Assembly (NCBI GenBank): GCA_031423535.1
Contig: JANPFS010001334.1
Coordinates: forward strand, 1 to 35,599
From: Blastocatellia bacterium
GTDB lineage: Bacteria > Acidobacteriota > Blastocatellia > RBC074
DNA: 35,599 nucleotides
Direction: 5' to 3'
A program made the position numbers and the translations under genes. Below the pieces are notes generated by a model. That model ran no database searches and was not told the DNA's origin. It saw nothing but the letters and a program-made list of their open reading frames with translations. Within the stretch, counting starts at the first letter, position 1. Every line of letters starts with the position of its first letter. Shown here in pieces: positions 27,758-35,599 of the stretch.

Positions 27758-28398
27758 AGAAGCAATTGTCCTTGTGCTGATGGGGTCGGGGTTGGTGTGG
27801 CACTTGTATTCTTCGAGGGGGTTTCTCGTTTTTGCTTCCGTGTCGGTGGTGAATTGACGGGTGTTTGTGTGACCGGGAGCGCTTCGGCTTCCAAGTCTGG
27901 TGTTGCAGTTATTGTGACTGACTCGACCGGCTCGTTGGAGGGAGCGGCTTTGAGTTTGGTTGTTTTCACCCGTGGGGCTTTTGCGAGTGTTTTGGTTTCG
28001 ACCGTTATAACAGGCGTGGTGTCTTCTGAGGCGACGGCAGGTGTCACAGGCTCAATAGCAGGCTGCGGTTTTGGCTTCCCGGTTTTGGGTGGCTTCACGA
28101 CTTCCGTGGCTGTTGTGACAGAAACCACCTCAGTCGCCTTGATGGCTGTCTCCTGCGTCCGAATCCAAATTGTGAGCGCTACAATCTTCTCGGCATCGCG
28201 TCTCCGCGTGTAGCACCATTTGCCATTGGGCAGTTCTGATTCGCGGTGGATTGTGAGAATGATATCCGGGTTGCCAGTTGCATCTTTGATTAGGGCGATT
28301 TCGTCTTTCGTCAACGCGCGTTTTGCCCGATAAGCTGCCGTCAGTAACGGGGTGAGTTTTTCTCGTAATTCAGTCGGTGTGGGTATGTTTGGTCTCAT
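27751..28398 (-). CDS. Hypothetical protein with long Pro/Thr/Lys-rich tail
   Basis: Globular ~80-aa N-terminus followed by a low-complexity region ending QLLLW; ATG 28398 chosen as start. Confidence 0.6.
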   Translation of the reverse strand: MRPNIPTPTELREKLTPLLTAAYRAKRALTKDEIALIKDATGNPDIILTIHRESELPNGKWCYTRRRDAEKIVALTIWIRTQETAIKATEVVSVTTATEVVKPPKTGKPKPQPAIEPVTPAVASEDTTPVITVETKTLAKAPRVKTTKLKAAPSNEPVESVTITATPDLEAEALPVTQTPVNSPPTRKQKRETPSKNTSATPTPTPSAQGQLLLW

Positions 28399-28877
28399 GT
28401 TTGCACTGGTTTCTTGCCGTGATGGGCGAGAGGGGCAGGTGTTCGTGGCTGCTCTTGTCCCTCGACCATTTGGCCTTACCAAAATCCCTTCCCACTTACT
28501 TTTTTTGGTGAATATCTCACCATGTCGTGGTGAGATATTGAATGCTTACGGTTGGAATTCTACGGTTGCATGTGCTTTTCTATCCGTCGGTCTGGGACAA
28601 ACCACATGGTCGCCACCGCAAAATATATCGCCATCGAAAGCCACTCGTGAAGGAAGGCCAGTGGCATCGCGACAAGATATGCGGTGAGCGAGATTTTGCC
28701 TTTCACGTCACTGCCGATGATTATTCGATTTTTTCGCATGTGATAAACCTTTCATAGCCCAAAATTTCTGACTTGGGCTGAAGAATATCCCAAAATCTGA
28801 TTCCTTCGTAGGGACATTTGAGAATTCGTGGATTGAGAGGAGCGGTTTTTCTGACGCAAGAACTATGCCGCGTCGGC

Positions 28878-29372
28878 CTATTGCAGCACGCCGCTCAGAG
28901 TCGTTTTGATGGTCAGTGGATTGTTGGCCGAAAAGTAGTAGCCGATGGCTTGTCCCTTTTCAATGTGGATGTGACTCAATTGTTCGCCTCCCCCCGCTTT
29001 GCGCTGTGTGATCGTAACCAGAATGTCGTTGACCTTAATGGCTGACATCTTCATCGGCGGTTTTTGTTCCGTTTGTTTGCCGATCGCTTCAAAGTTTTGG
29101 AGCTTGCCTTCTACGAAGTTGTACCGAATGCCCTTTTCAGTTGCGACGACAACTTCCAAGCTGCTAGGCCTGATGGTCATCTCGATCACATCGGCTTCTC
29201 CTGCCTGTCTGCGGAACGCATCCAAATTCTGCTGCACGGAGGCAGCATTGAAGCTGGTATTGATCGGTGCGCCGGAGAGTGCCGCAGGTGCGCTGGGACT
29301 GCTCCCGGACTTGCAGGCGAGAGCAGAAATGAGGATCACGATTAGGATGATAGCGAATTTGATTTTCTGCAT
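28878..29372 (-). CDS. Putative lipoprotein
   Basis: MQKIKFAIILIVILISALA-C lipobox; AAGGA RBS before ATG 29372. Confidence 0.75.
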   Translation of the reverse strand: MQKIKFAIILIVILISALACKSGSSPSAPAALSGAPINTSFNAASVQQNLDAFRRQAGEADVIEMTIRPSSLEVVVATEKGIRYNFVEGKLQNFEAIGKQTEQKPPMKMSAIKVNDILVTITQRKAGGGEQLSHIHIEKGQAIGYYFSANNPLTIKTTLSGVLQ

Positions 29373-29442
29373 GGTTCCTTTATGGTGAGTCCGAGTGCCA
29401 GCCTGAACCAGCACCCGGATGGATGTTGTTGATTGGAGTGTC

Positions 29443-30444
29443 TTAGGGGATCAAAACGATCCGGGCTTGCCGTCCACTCCCAGCCTTGCCGCGCACCTCG
29501 ATGCGATTAGCGTCAATGTTGATGCCTACTGCACCTTGTGTCAGAGCCGCTTTGACGTTGGTCGCTCGGATTTGGCCAAGATTGCCTTTTTCATCGGACA
29601 TCTGCTCACCAATGATCATCAGCTTTGCCGACGGACTCGCTTGTAACTGTCGCGCGACGTCAATCAGCAGGTTTTTGCATGCATTGTCCACGCGCGCATT
29701 CCCACGCTTGAAGCTGTCGCAGGTGGCAATGGTTCTTGGTTCCGGTGCGACCGGTAGGGATTTAACCTGCACTGTTGCATTTCCTTCTGCCAAACAAGTG
29801 ATAAACTCAATCGCGGCCACTTCTGTCCGCACTTTGATGACCGTGTCGGGCGGCACGCCCGTCGTGTCGAGTACCATTTGCTGATCGGAGGTGATCTTCA
29901 TCTCCCCCGCGTTCGTGAACCACGCGACGCGCACCTCGCCGAAGTTTTGCCCACCAGTGATCTGGCCTCTTGTGAAGGTGACCAGCTCGCCCGCACTGAC
30001 TTCCGATTGCGAAACGGTCAATTGGACTTTATCTGTAAAACAGCTACGCGTTGGGGCTGGCGGTACGATCGGTGCGCAACTATTCACGACGATGATTCGA
30101 TTGTCGTAGGCCACGCATTTGCCTTCGACCAGTTCGGCCATTAGCTTGTAATTCCCCGCCAGGAGGCGGCTTGTGTCCAGGGTGTAATGTGAGCCTTTGG
30201 CTACCTGCTTGCCATCAATTGTCCAGACCGTTTCTTCCGGCTCATCCAAATTGGCAAAGCTGCCAACGAGATCGAAAGTTTGGCTTTGACCGGCACAGGT
30301 CTTGATCTCGGTCGCTCCCATAATTTTCAGCGAGGGGATAGCCGTCGCATCCACCGCTTGTTTCTTTTTCTTCTGTGCCATCCCGCCCGCCGAAAGGCAG
30401 AGCAGCAGGCACGTAATAAGCGTTACTTGCAAGATTTGTTTCAT
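29443..30444 (-). CDS. Exported protein with PKD/Ig-like repeats and OmpA-like C-terminal domain
   Basis: Signal peptide, beta-rich repeats (WTIDG, TLDTS, VLDTTG), C-terminal FKRGNARVDNACKNLL...RATNVKAAL...IDANRIEVR. Confidence 0.7.
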   Translation of the reverse strand: MKQILQVTLITCLLLCLSAGGMAQKKKKQAVDATAIPSLKIMGATEIKTCAGQSQTFDLVGSFANLDEPEETVWTIDGKQVAKGSHYTLDTSRLLAGNYKLMAELVEGKCVAYDNRIIVVNSCAPIVPPAPTRSCFTDKVQLTVSQSEVSAGELVTFTRGQITGGQNFGEVRVAWFTNAGEMKITSDQQMVLDTTGVPPDTVIKVRTEVAAIEFITCLAEGNATVQVKSLPVAPEPRTIATCDSFKRGNARVDNACKNLLIDVARQLQASPSAKLMIIGEQMSDEKGNLGQIRATNVKAALTQGAVGINIDANRIEVRGKAGSGRQARIVLIP

Positions 30445-30473
30445 CGAAATGTTCTCCATGGTTAGTTTGCGCA

Positions 30474-30995
30474 TCAAGCGCGAAGTTTTTGACGTCGTCG
30501 CCATGCCCCTGCAATTCCAGTTCCAAGGCCGGTTGCCAACAGCAAAATTGTCGCTGGTTCCGGTACGTCCGCCTGATTTATCAGAATCCGTGAACCAGTT
30601 TGTCGATGCGAAGTCATAGTGTCCGTAGAAGTTATAACGGTTCGCGGACCGGTATTCCGGTGGCGAATCGCGTAAATTGTTATGCTAATCCCGATGATGC
30701 TGGCGGTCAGGACAACGGGCCGCCAATTTGGGTTTTCGCTCGCAAGGATTTCATCCGTCTGACAAAATCCTCCGCCATCTGCGCAGATCACGCCCGGTCC
30801 CGCTGTCACAATCTGCCCGTTGCGCAAGATGAAGAGGTCTTGCGCCTGAGCAGGCAATTGGGCTTCATTTGCTTGTGTCGGTTTTTGCGAATTGTCCTGG
30901 AGGTCTTGCCACCGGACTGAACCGGCTTGGCAGATTGGCGACTGGCAGATACTGAAGGATAGAAGGAAGGTCAGCGTAAGAATTGACTTGAACAT
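30474..30995 (-). CDS. PEP-CTERM sorting domain protein
   Basis: C-terminal VPEPATILLLATGLGTGIAGAWRRRQK; signal peptide from ATG 30995. Confidence 0.85.
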   Translation of the reverse strand: MFKSILTLTFLLSFSICQSPICQAGSVRWQDLQDNSQKPTQANEAQLPAQAQDLFILRNGQIVTAGPGVICADGGGFCQTDEILASENPNWRPVVLTASIIGISITIYAIRHRNTGPRTVITSTDTMTSHRQTGSRILINQADVPEPATILLLATGLGTGIAGAWRRRQKLRA

Positions 30996-31053
30996 GATTT
31001 TTTCTCGGTTTTGGTGAGGTTTTGAGAGGGCTTGGGCAAATCCTACGCACTGT

Positions 31054-31089
31054 GAAAATCGAAAGGCATCCCAACGCTGAGATGCCTTT
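31054..31089 (-). terminator. Probable intrinsic terminator
   Basis: AAAGGCATC/GATGCCTTT stem followed by CGATTTT on the minus strand, 35 bp after the 31124 stop. Confidence 0.55.
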
Positions 31090-31123
31090 GCTTTGCGGTG
31101 GCTGGTCAAAAGTGGATGGCTTT

Positions 31124-31729
31124 TTACGTGAGCTTCCTTGTAGCCCCTCCTCCGAATCCGCCCGATGCAGTTCCACCGAATGAGGAACCCGTTGATCCGC
31201 CAAAGCTTGTGCTGGGCGTTTCAGGTTCTGGCTCCGCTGGTTCCAGTGTCGGTGGCGTTACTTTAAGCGTTTCTGCTTTCGGTGGTTCCACTTTGGTCGT
31301 GGTGGCCTTTACTTTCGGCTTGTCGGCCTTTTTCTCCGGCTTTGTCGTAAGAGTTGCCAAATACTCGTTGTATTCGCCATCGCGCGCGAAGAATCTGGTC
31401 ATGTACTCATCCGCTGCCACGGTCAGCGCAGGTTTCTTGCCCGTAACCTTTTCGTTCTCTTCACACGCGGCTTCCAGCAGCTTCACGTGATCTTCGTTTA
31501 CACGGTTGAGGGCGAGCGTTCCGAACTCCGGGACTTCCAGTTCGATTTTGTGCTCGCGGGTCGCGTACTTGTCCATGATCGCTTCAAACACTTCCTCCAG
31601 CGACGGACGCGTCCCGTATTCTTTCTCCACCATGTCCTGGTACGCTTTCAGGTGCGCCAGGTTTTCCTGGTTGATTCTGTTGAAGACTTGCTTTACAAAC
31701 TTTTTGAGTCGTTTTGCCCAATCTGCCAT
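31124..31729 (-). CDS. Hypothetical protein with internal duplication (tandem ribbon-helix-helix-like units)
   Basis: FNRINQENLAHLKAY...EYGTRPSL...MDKYATRE versus LNRVNEDHVKLLEAA...VTGKKPAL...MTRFFARD; AAGGAAGGA RBS before ATG 31729. Confidence 0.6.
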   Translation of the reverse strand: MADWAKRLKKFVKQVFNRINQENLAHLKAYQDMVEKEYGTRPSLEEVFEAIMDKYATREHKIELEVPEFGTLALNRVNEDHVKLLEAACEENEKVTGKKPALTVAADEYMTRFFARDGEYNEYLATLTTKPEKKADKPKVKATTTKVEPPKAETLKVTPPTLEPAEPEPETPSTSFGGSTGSSFGGTASGGFGGGATRKLT

Positions 31730-31750
31730 AAGTTGATTCCTTCCTTCTGG

Positions 31751-31798
31751 GAAAATAAAACGCAGGAGTGAAATCATTGCTGATCCCACTCCTGCGTT
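31751..31798 (-). terminator. Intrinsic terminator after the large ORFan
   Basis: 12-bp stem AACGCAGGAGTG/CACTCCTGCGTT followed by TTATTTT on the minus strand. Confidence 0.7.
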
Positions 31799-31820
31799 GG
31801 TTGTGCAATTTGAGTGCCAC

Positions 31821-33836
31821 CTATGCGTTCAGGTGTTGCCAAACTGCGGTTTGTTCGTACCGGGGTAGTGTTTTGTACCGCTCGTTCACGCCCTGTAAAT
31901 ATCCGGTCTTGGGCGCGTTCTTTTCGTAGCACGCCCACTTGATGCCCTTCAGCCACTTCTCTTTTCCGTTGGCCGTCACCACTTGGTGTGCGCCTCTGAT
32001 CTCGGCCAGCAGGCTCTTGCACGTATCGCTGGCACCCACGCGGATTTGTTTGGCCCGCAACTTGGCGATTACGGCATCTTGCTCGTGCAGCGGTAGCGTA
32101 TTCATGGTCGTGATGAAGTTGGTGCTGAGAGGTGCCTCTTCGATCCGACTGCCCACGTGGAGTTTGTCGGCTTGCGCCAGTAACGCACGCGCCGCTGCCG
32201 ACGGATTTCGCTTGATGCGTGCGACCGTCACTTCTTTACGCGTTTTGAGAGATGTTAACTGGGCCACCGATAACCGTTTTGCTTCCGGGTTTGTTTTTCC
32301 CATCTGCGTAATCGCATACGCTTCGGTGATGAGCTTGTTTGCCTCTCCAATATCCGTCGCCTTCGCCAACCCGCTATGCAGCTCCCGATACGTCGTGTTG
32401 TGACGCATCCAGGTCAAATGCTTGTCGGACTGTAACTCCGTCATCAACGCAGACGTCTGCTGCGCCAGCCGGTCGGCACGCTCACTCGTCTCGGTCACAA
32501 ATCCCTGATCAATGATGAAATCAGTGTGATCTTCCAGCGAGGTGTACTCGTTGAGCAAAGACCAAACGCGGCGGCTTACTTGCTCCACGCTCAGACGCAT
32601 CTTGAACGCAGATGCTTGCGCCCAGAACATAACCGCCTGCAATCCTTCGTCTTTTGTTCGCTGAATTGCTCTGTAGGAATTCGGACAAACGGTCATGAGG
32701 TTTAGCACATCCCATGCAGTCAGGTCATACGCTTGCGCATACGCCCGAATCGCGTGACCCGCTTCTTCGCGGTTCCAAGGTGTCCAACTCGGCTGCAAGA
32801 AACAGAACCATCGGGCGGCATCTGTTCGCAGTGTTTCCAGACCGACGGGCAACGACGTTTCATTAAACTCTGCGAGATCGCCCGCAAATTCGAAAGCTTG
32901 GTTGCTGGCAACGGCGTCATCCCACTGGCTGCGTTGTGCGAGCGCTACTTGCAATTGCTCGTGGTTGCTTTCGTCCAGTTGTGACTGGTCGCTGAGTTCA
33001 CTGATGTGGCGATCAAAATAGTAGCTGTCATTGAAAGCGGTTGTGCTTGTGCGCCGGATCATCCGTTGCTTCTCAGCAACCTCCTGATCAAATACCGCAA
33101 CGCCGGTGCGAATCTGTCCACCATTGCCATGCGACTCTTCCAGTCGCGACTGTTCCAATGGCTCAAAGCTCGCTTGTTCCTGCGCGTAGGTTGCCAATGC
33201 GATGATATGTGTAGATTGATCTTTGGCACGCTGTAATTCTTCCAACTCGGCACACACCAAGGCTTCGCATTGTTCATCGCTCAGCCCGGCTGTCAGAGTT
33301 ACCAATGAACCGACCATCTGATAGGCTAACTCCTCGCCGACCTGTTCAGCCAGAACCAGTGCCAACGCGTCGAACGTCTCTTTCCGGTCAGTTGTGTCGG
33401 GTGCAATTGCTGTGGCTAACGCTTGCAATTCTGCCAACACGCTCAACAACACTGTGACCCGGCTACCCACCCCATTCAGCAATTGCTGGTAGTAATGAGA
33501 AGCCACTTCGCGTTTGTACTGCGGATCCGTGTCAGCCAGGATTTGATTCAGCAAGACCAAAAAGCCTTCCCCCAGCGACTTCTCCGTCGCATTGGCTTTG
33601 GCAAAAGTCTTATCATGAAATCCTTGCGTGCTGATCCACGACTGGCGTGCTTCCGCCGCATTGCCGTCGGCTGCCACCTGCCGATACACCCGTGCGCCCT
33701 GCACGGAAAAGGCTTCGTAGTCCAAACGATGTAATCCAAGCTGCGTGCTATGATCCAGGCTGTCCTTGATCGGACAACCGGTTTGGGTAGGAATGAAAAG
33801 GCTGGCGTTCGTGCGGATATTTGTGGCGGTCAACAT
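31821..33836 (-). CDS. Large hypothetical helical protein (~670 aa)
   Basis: Long ORF, GGAG RBS before ATG 33836, downstream terminator; no recognised family. Confidence 0.8.
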   Translation of the reverse strand: MLTATNIRTNASLFIPTQTGCPIKDSLDHSTQLGLHRLDYEAFSVQGARVYRQVAADGNAAEARQSWISTQGFHDKTFAKANATEKSLGEGFLVLLNQILADTDPQYKREVASHYYQQLLNGVGSRVTVLLSVLAELQALATAIAPDTTDRKETFDALALVLAEQVGEELAYQMVGSLVTLTAGLSDEQCEALVCAELEELQRAKDQSTHIIALATYAQEQASFEPLEQSRLEESHGNGGQIRTGVAVFDQEVAEKQRMIRRTSTTAFNDSYYFDRHISELSDQSQLDESNHEQLQVALAQRSQWDDAVASNQAFEFAGDLAEFNETSLPVGLETLRTDAARWFCFLQPSWTPWNREEAGHAIRAYAQAYDLTAWDVLNLMTVCPNSYRAIQRTKDEGLQAVMFWAQASAFKMRLSVEQVSRRVWSLLNEYTSLEDHTDFIIDQGFVTETSERADRLAQQTSALMTELQSDKHLTWMRHNTTYRELHSGLAKATDIGEANKLITEAYAITQMGKTNPEAKRLSVAQLTSLKTRKEVTVARIKRNPSAAARALLAQADKLHVGSRIEEAPLSTNFITTMNTLPLHEQDAVIAKLRAKQIRVGASDTCKSLLAEIRGAHQVVTANGKEKWLKGIKWACYEKNAPKTGYLQGVNERYKTLPRYEQTAVWQHLNA

Positions 33837-33929
33837 AGATTTTTTCTCCGTGAATGAATTGATAACTTGCGATACACAAGTCACCGCTCTATCCACCGTA
33901 AAAACCTATGCTTTTATTTTTTTTGTAAG

Positions 33930-34099
33930 TAGACTTGTTGTGAAGGAAAACGCCCGCCAATTCAGGGTTTTCAACCAAAGTAGGCGTGACCAAAAAATGA
34001 GCAAATTCCATAATTACGCCCATAATTGCAATTTCCATCTTGCCAAGCGGCCTCGCTGAAAAGTGCTAAATTATTGATTCCACTAGCGCAACAAGTCTA
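33930..34099. repeat. 170-bp intergenic segment bounded by an 11-bp inverted repeat
   Basis: TAGACTTGTTG (33930-33940) / CAACAAGTCTA (34089-34099). Confidence 0.45.
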
Positions 34100-34405
34100 G
34101 TAGTTTGGTCGTAGAAAATCAGGCAAATCGTCGTCTTCGCTGGCGTTGCGAATTTCCACCGGTGGCGGCTCTGGCGCTGGCTCAACGGGGTCATCTGCTG
34201 GCTCAAACCGCTCTGGATGCTCGCGTAATTCCTCCGCGATGTCGGCCCAGAATTTCTGCTCGAATTCTCTGTCCTGGATTTCGAGTGCTGCTTCGATTAA
34301 GTCGTCCATTGCTGGGCTGATATGTGTGCTGGGACGGTCCAGCCAGGCGTAATACGCTTGCAGGCTGCCGTGCTCATTGATCTTTTGTTGCAGGATGTCG
34401 TCCAT
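34097..34405 (-). CDS. Hypothetical acidic protein
   Basis: 102-aa ATG ORF; ends DDDLPDFLRPNY. Confidence 0.6.
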   Translation of the reverse strand: MDDILQQKINEHGSLQAYYAWLDRPSTHISPAMDDLIEAALEIQDREFEQKFWADIAEELREHPERFEPADDPVEPAPEPPPVEIRNASEDDDLPDFLRPNY

Positions 34406-34461
34406 GATTGAGGCTGTTACTTCTCGTCTGTTTTAAGTGCTTTTGGGAGCCATAAGCAGAC

Positions 34462-34848
34462 TTACCAAAGCCGTTGCACTGGATAAGCATCGAAGGCAAG
34501 ATCAGCGCTGATCACTGGAATCTGTTCGACGATAGCCTGAGCAATCAGTAGGCGATCAAATGGGTCTCGATGGTGAAATGGAAGGCTGGCGAGTGGGCCA
34601 ACGTGCTGGGGCTGAATCGGCAAGATGTCAAACTGATTCCCAGCGATTTCACGCTCAAAAAATTGCGCTACGGGTTCGGATAGTGAGTATTTGCCGATGC
34701 TGATTTTGATCGCAATTTCCCAGTAAGAAATCGGGCTAATGAGAATCTCGTTATTCGGGTCAACGATTAGTTTTAAGGCGTTGGTGGTCAACAGCGGATC
34801 ATCTAAGGTGAACCAGAGGAAAGTGTGTGTATCCAATAGCAACCTCAT
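34462..34848 (-). CDS. vapC: VapC-family PIN-domain toxin
   Basis: MRLLLDTHTFLW, SYWEIAIK, HHRDPFDRLLIAQA, ISAD. Confidence 0.95.
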   Translation of the reverse strand: MRLLLDTHTFLWFTLDDPLLTTNALKLIVDPNNEILISPISYWEIAIKISIGKYSLSEPVAQFFEREIAGNQFDILPIQPQHVGPLASLPFHHRDPFDRLLIAQAIVEQIPVISADLAFDAYPVQRLW

Positions 34849-35096
34849 GCCGGCATGTACTCCTGAAAGTCAGCTAGATGCTCATCATCTTCCACTAAAA
34901 TCGTCAGGCGGCCTTTGGCGCTACCTGGCTGCCGTGGTTGACGCAGCTTCGTAGACGCCTGATTGGTGGCAGGCGAAATGTTTACAGATGTGAGCGGTAA
35001 AAATGTCACCATCACACGTGCTTCCACCAACTCCGCTGGAATTTCGGCTAACTCAATTTGCCCGTTTCGATAAATGCCTTCGATTGTTTTGAGCAT
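34845..35096 (-). CDS. Cognate type II antitoxin
   Basis: 83 aa, ATGA overlap with vapC; N-terminal TIEGIYRNGQIEL and C-terminal RQPGSAKG...LADFQEYM. Confidence 0.75.
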   Translation of the reverse strand: MLKTIEGIYRNGQIELAEIPAELVEARVMVTFLPLTSVNISPATNQASTKLRQPRQPGSAKGRLTILVEDDEHLADFQEYMPA

Positions 35097-35102
35097 AACT
35101 TG

Positions 35103-35464
35103 TTACCTCTGGGAGCCAACCGTCCCATCATTTGTGTGTAGGAATCTGGATACATCCCTTGCCTGCCATTCGCCAAAGACAACTCGTCGGTTCGCGTGTG
35201 TCAGTATCAGCGTATCCATCGCCCTGGTGACGGCGACGTAATAGAGCCGAAGTTCTTCGTCCACTTCGCCATTCTTGATCGCGTTGATATGCGGCAGAAA
35301 GTTTTCCTCAATGCCGACGACCGCGACAAAGGGGAATTCTAATCCTTTCGCGCCGTGAATGGTACTGATGGAAACTCGAACCTTCTCATCCGTTTCTTCC
35401 TTCTGGCTTGTATTCAGACTTGCATAGTCTAAAAACTCCTCCAGCGTACATTCTCCATCATTAA
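35103..35464 (-). pseudogene. UvrD/Rep/PcrA helicase C-terminal part, interrupted by IS
   Basis: Manual translation: TLEEFLDYASL...ISTIHGAKGLEFPFV...LPH...EELRLYYVAVTRA...SRFL (SF1 motifs V and VI). There is no start codon; the frame breaks at the IS end. Confidence 0.88.
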
Positions 35465-35599
35465 GGGCGCGTTAAAAATTAACTTCCCCTTTTCAATAAT
35501 GGCTCAAGCGGGAGCCGCTTGAGCCTGCGGTCGAATCGTGTAGTTCCATTTTGGACACACGGTATGCACTTCAAGATTGAGTGCTTGCATGACAGCTTT
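35465..35599 (-). mobile_element. 3' end of an ISAzo13-family element (transposase C-terminus 35504-35599)
   Basis: The minus strand encodes KAVMQALNLEVHTVCPKWNYTIRPQAQAAPA*, and WNYTIxP is the ISAzo13 C-terminal signature. The end GGGCGCGTTAAAAATT abuts TAA in the helicase gene. Confidence 0.75.

Noticed and set aside
137-35464. Gabija-like pairing of the OLD nuclease with the UvrD helicase
   Set aside because: They are 33 kb apart, on opposite strands and separately interrupted; nothing links them.
1-35599. CRISPR array, tRNA, rRNA, reverse transcriptase or prophage structural genes
   Set aside because: None was recognised by eye; there are no regularly spaced direct repeats. A covariance-model scan was not possible.

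Overview
Probably an Acidobacteriota (Blastocatellia-like) region, inferred from gene content. It has three parts. (1) 1-4500 is a decayed accessory patch: an IS630 end interrupting an OLD-family ATPase/TOPRIM nuclease, a tyrosine recombinase remnant, two unlisted small hydrophobic ORFs, a Tat-signal UxuA-like gene and a MITE-like element. (2) 4703-17768 is an intact, GC-richer block typical of this lineage: two CRTAC1/ASPIC-UnbV proteins and a TPR protein converge on a TonB receptor / serine hydrolase / DUF1549-DUF1553 / DUF1501 operon. (3) 17973-35599 is a mobile-element-like region. It holds a complete ISAs1 with an 11-bp target duplication, an ISAs1 remnant, a 136-bp inverted-repeat element carrying tandem NrdR-box-like motifs, a ParB-like gene, an AbiE-type type IV TA pair and an integron-integrase scrap. 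A ~12-kb all-minus-strand cargo run follows (HD hydrolase, AlkB, a double Cys-His-Asp protein, lipoprotein, OmpA-like, PEP-CTERM, tandem RHH-like protein, large ORFan, VapBC), ending in a UvrD-like gene cut by ISAzo13. The most unexplained signal is a recurring palindromic site, TYCCWGTCGCGACWGTYCC, that sits at module boundaries near the ParB-like gene. All family calls come from motif recognition by eye; no database searches were run.
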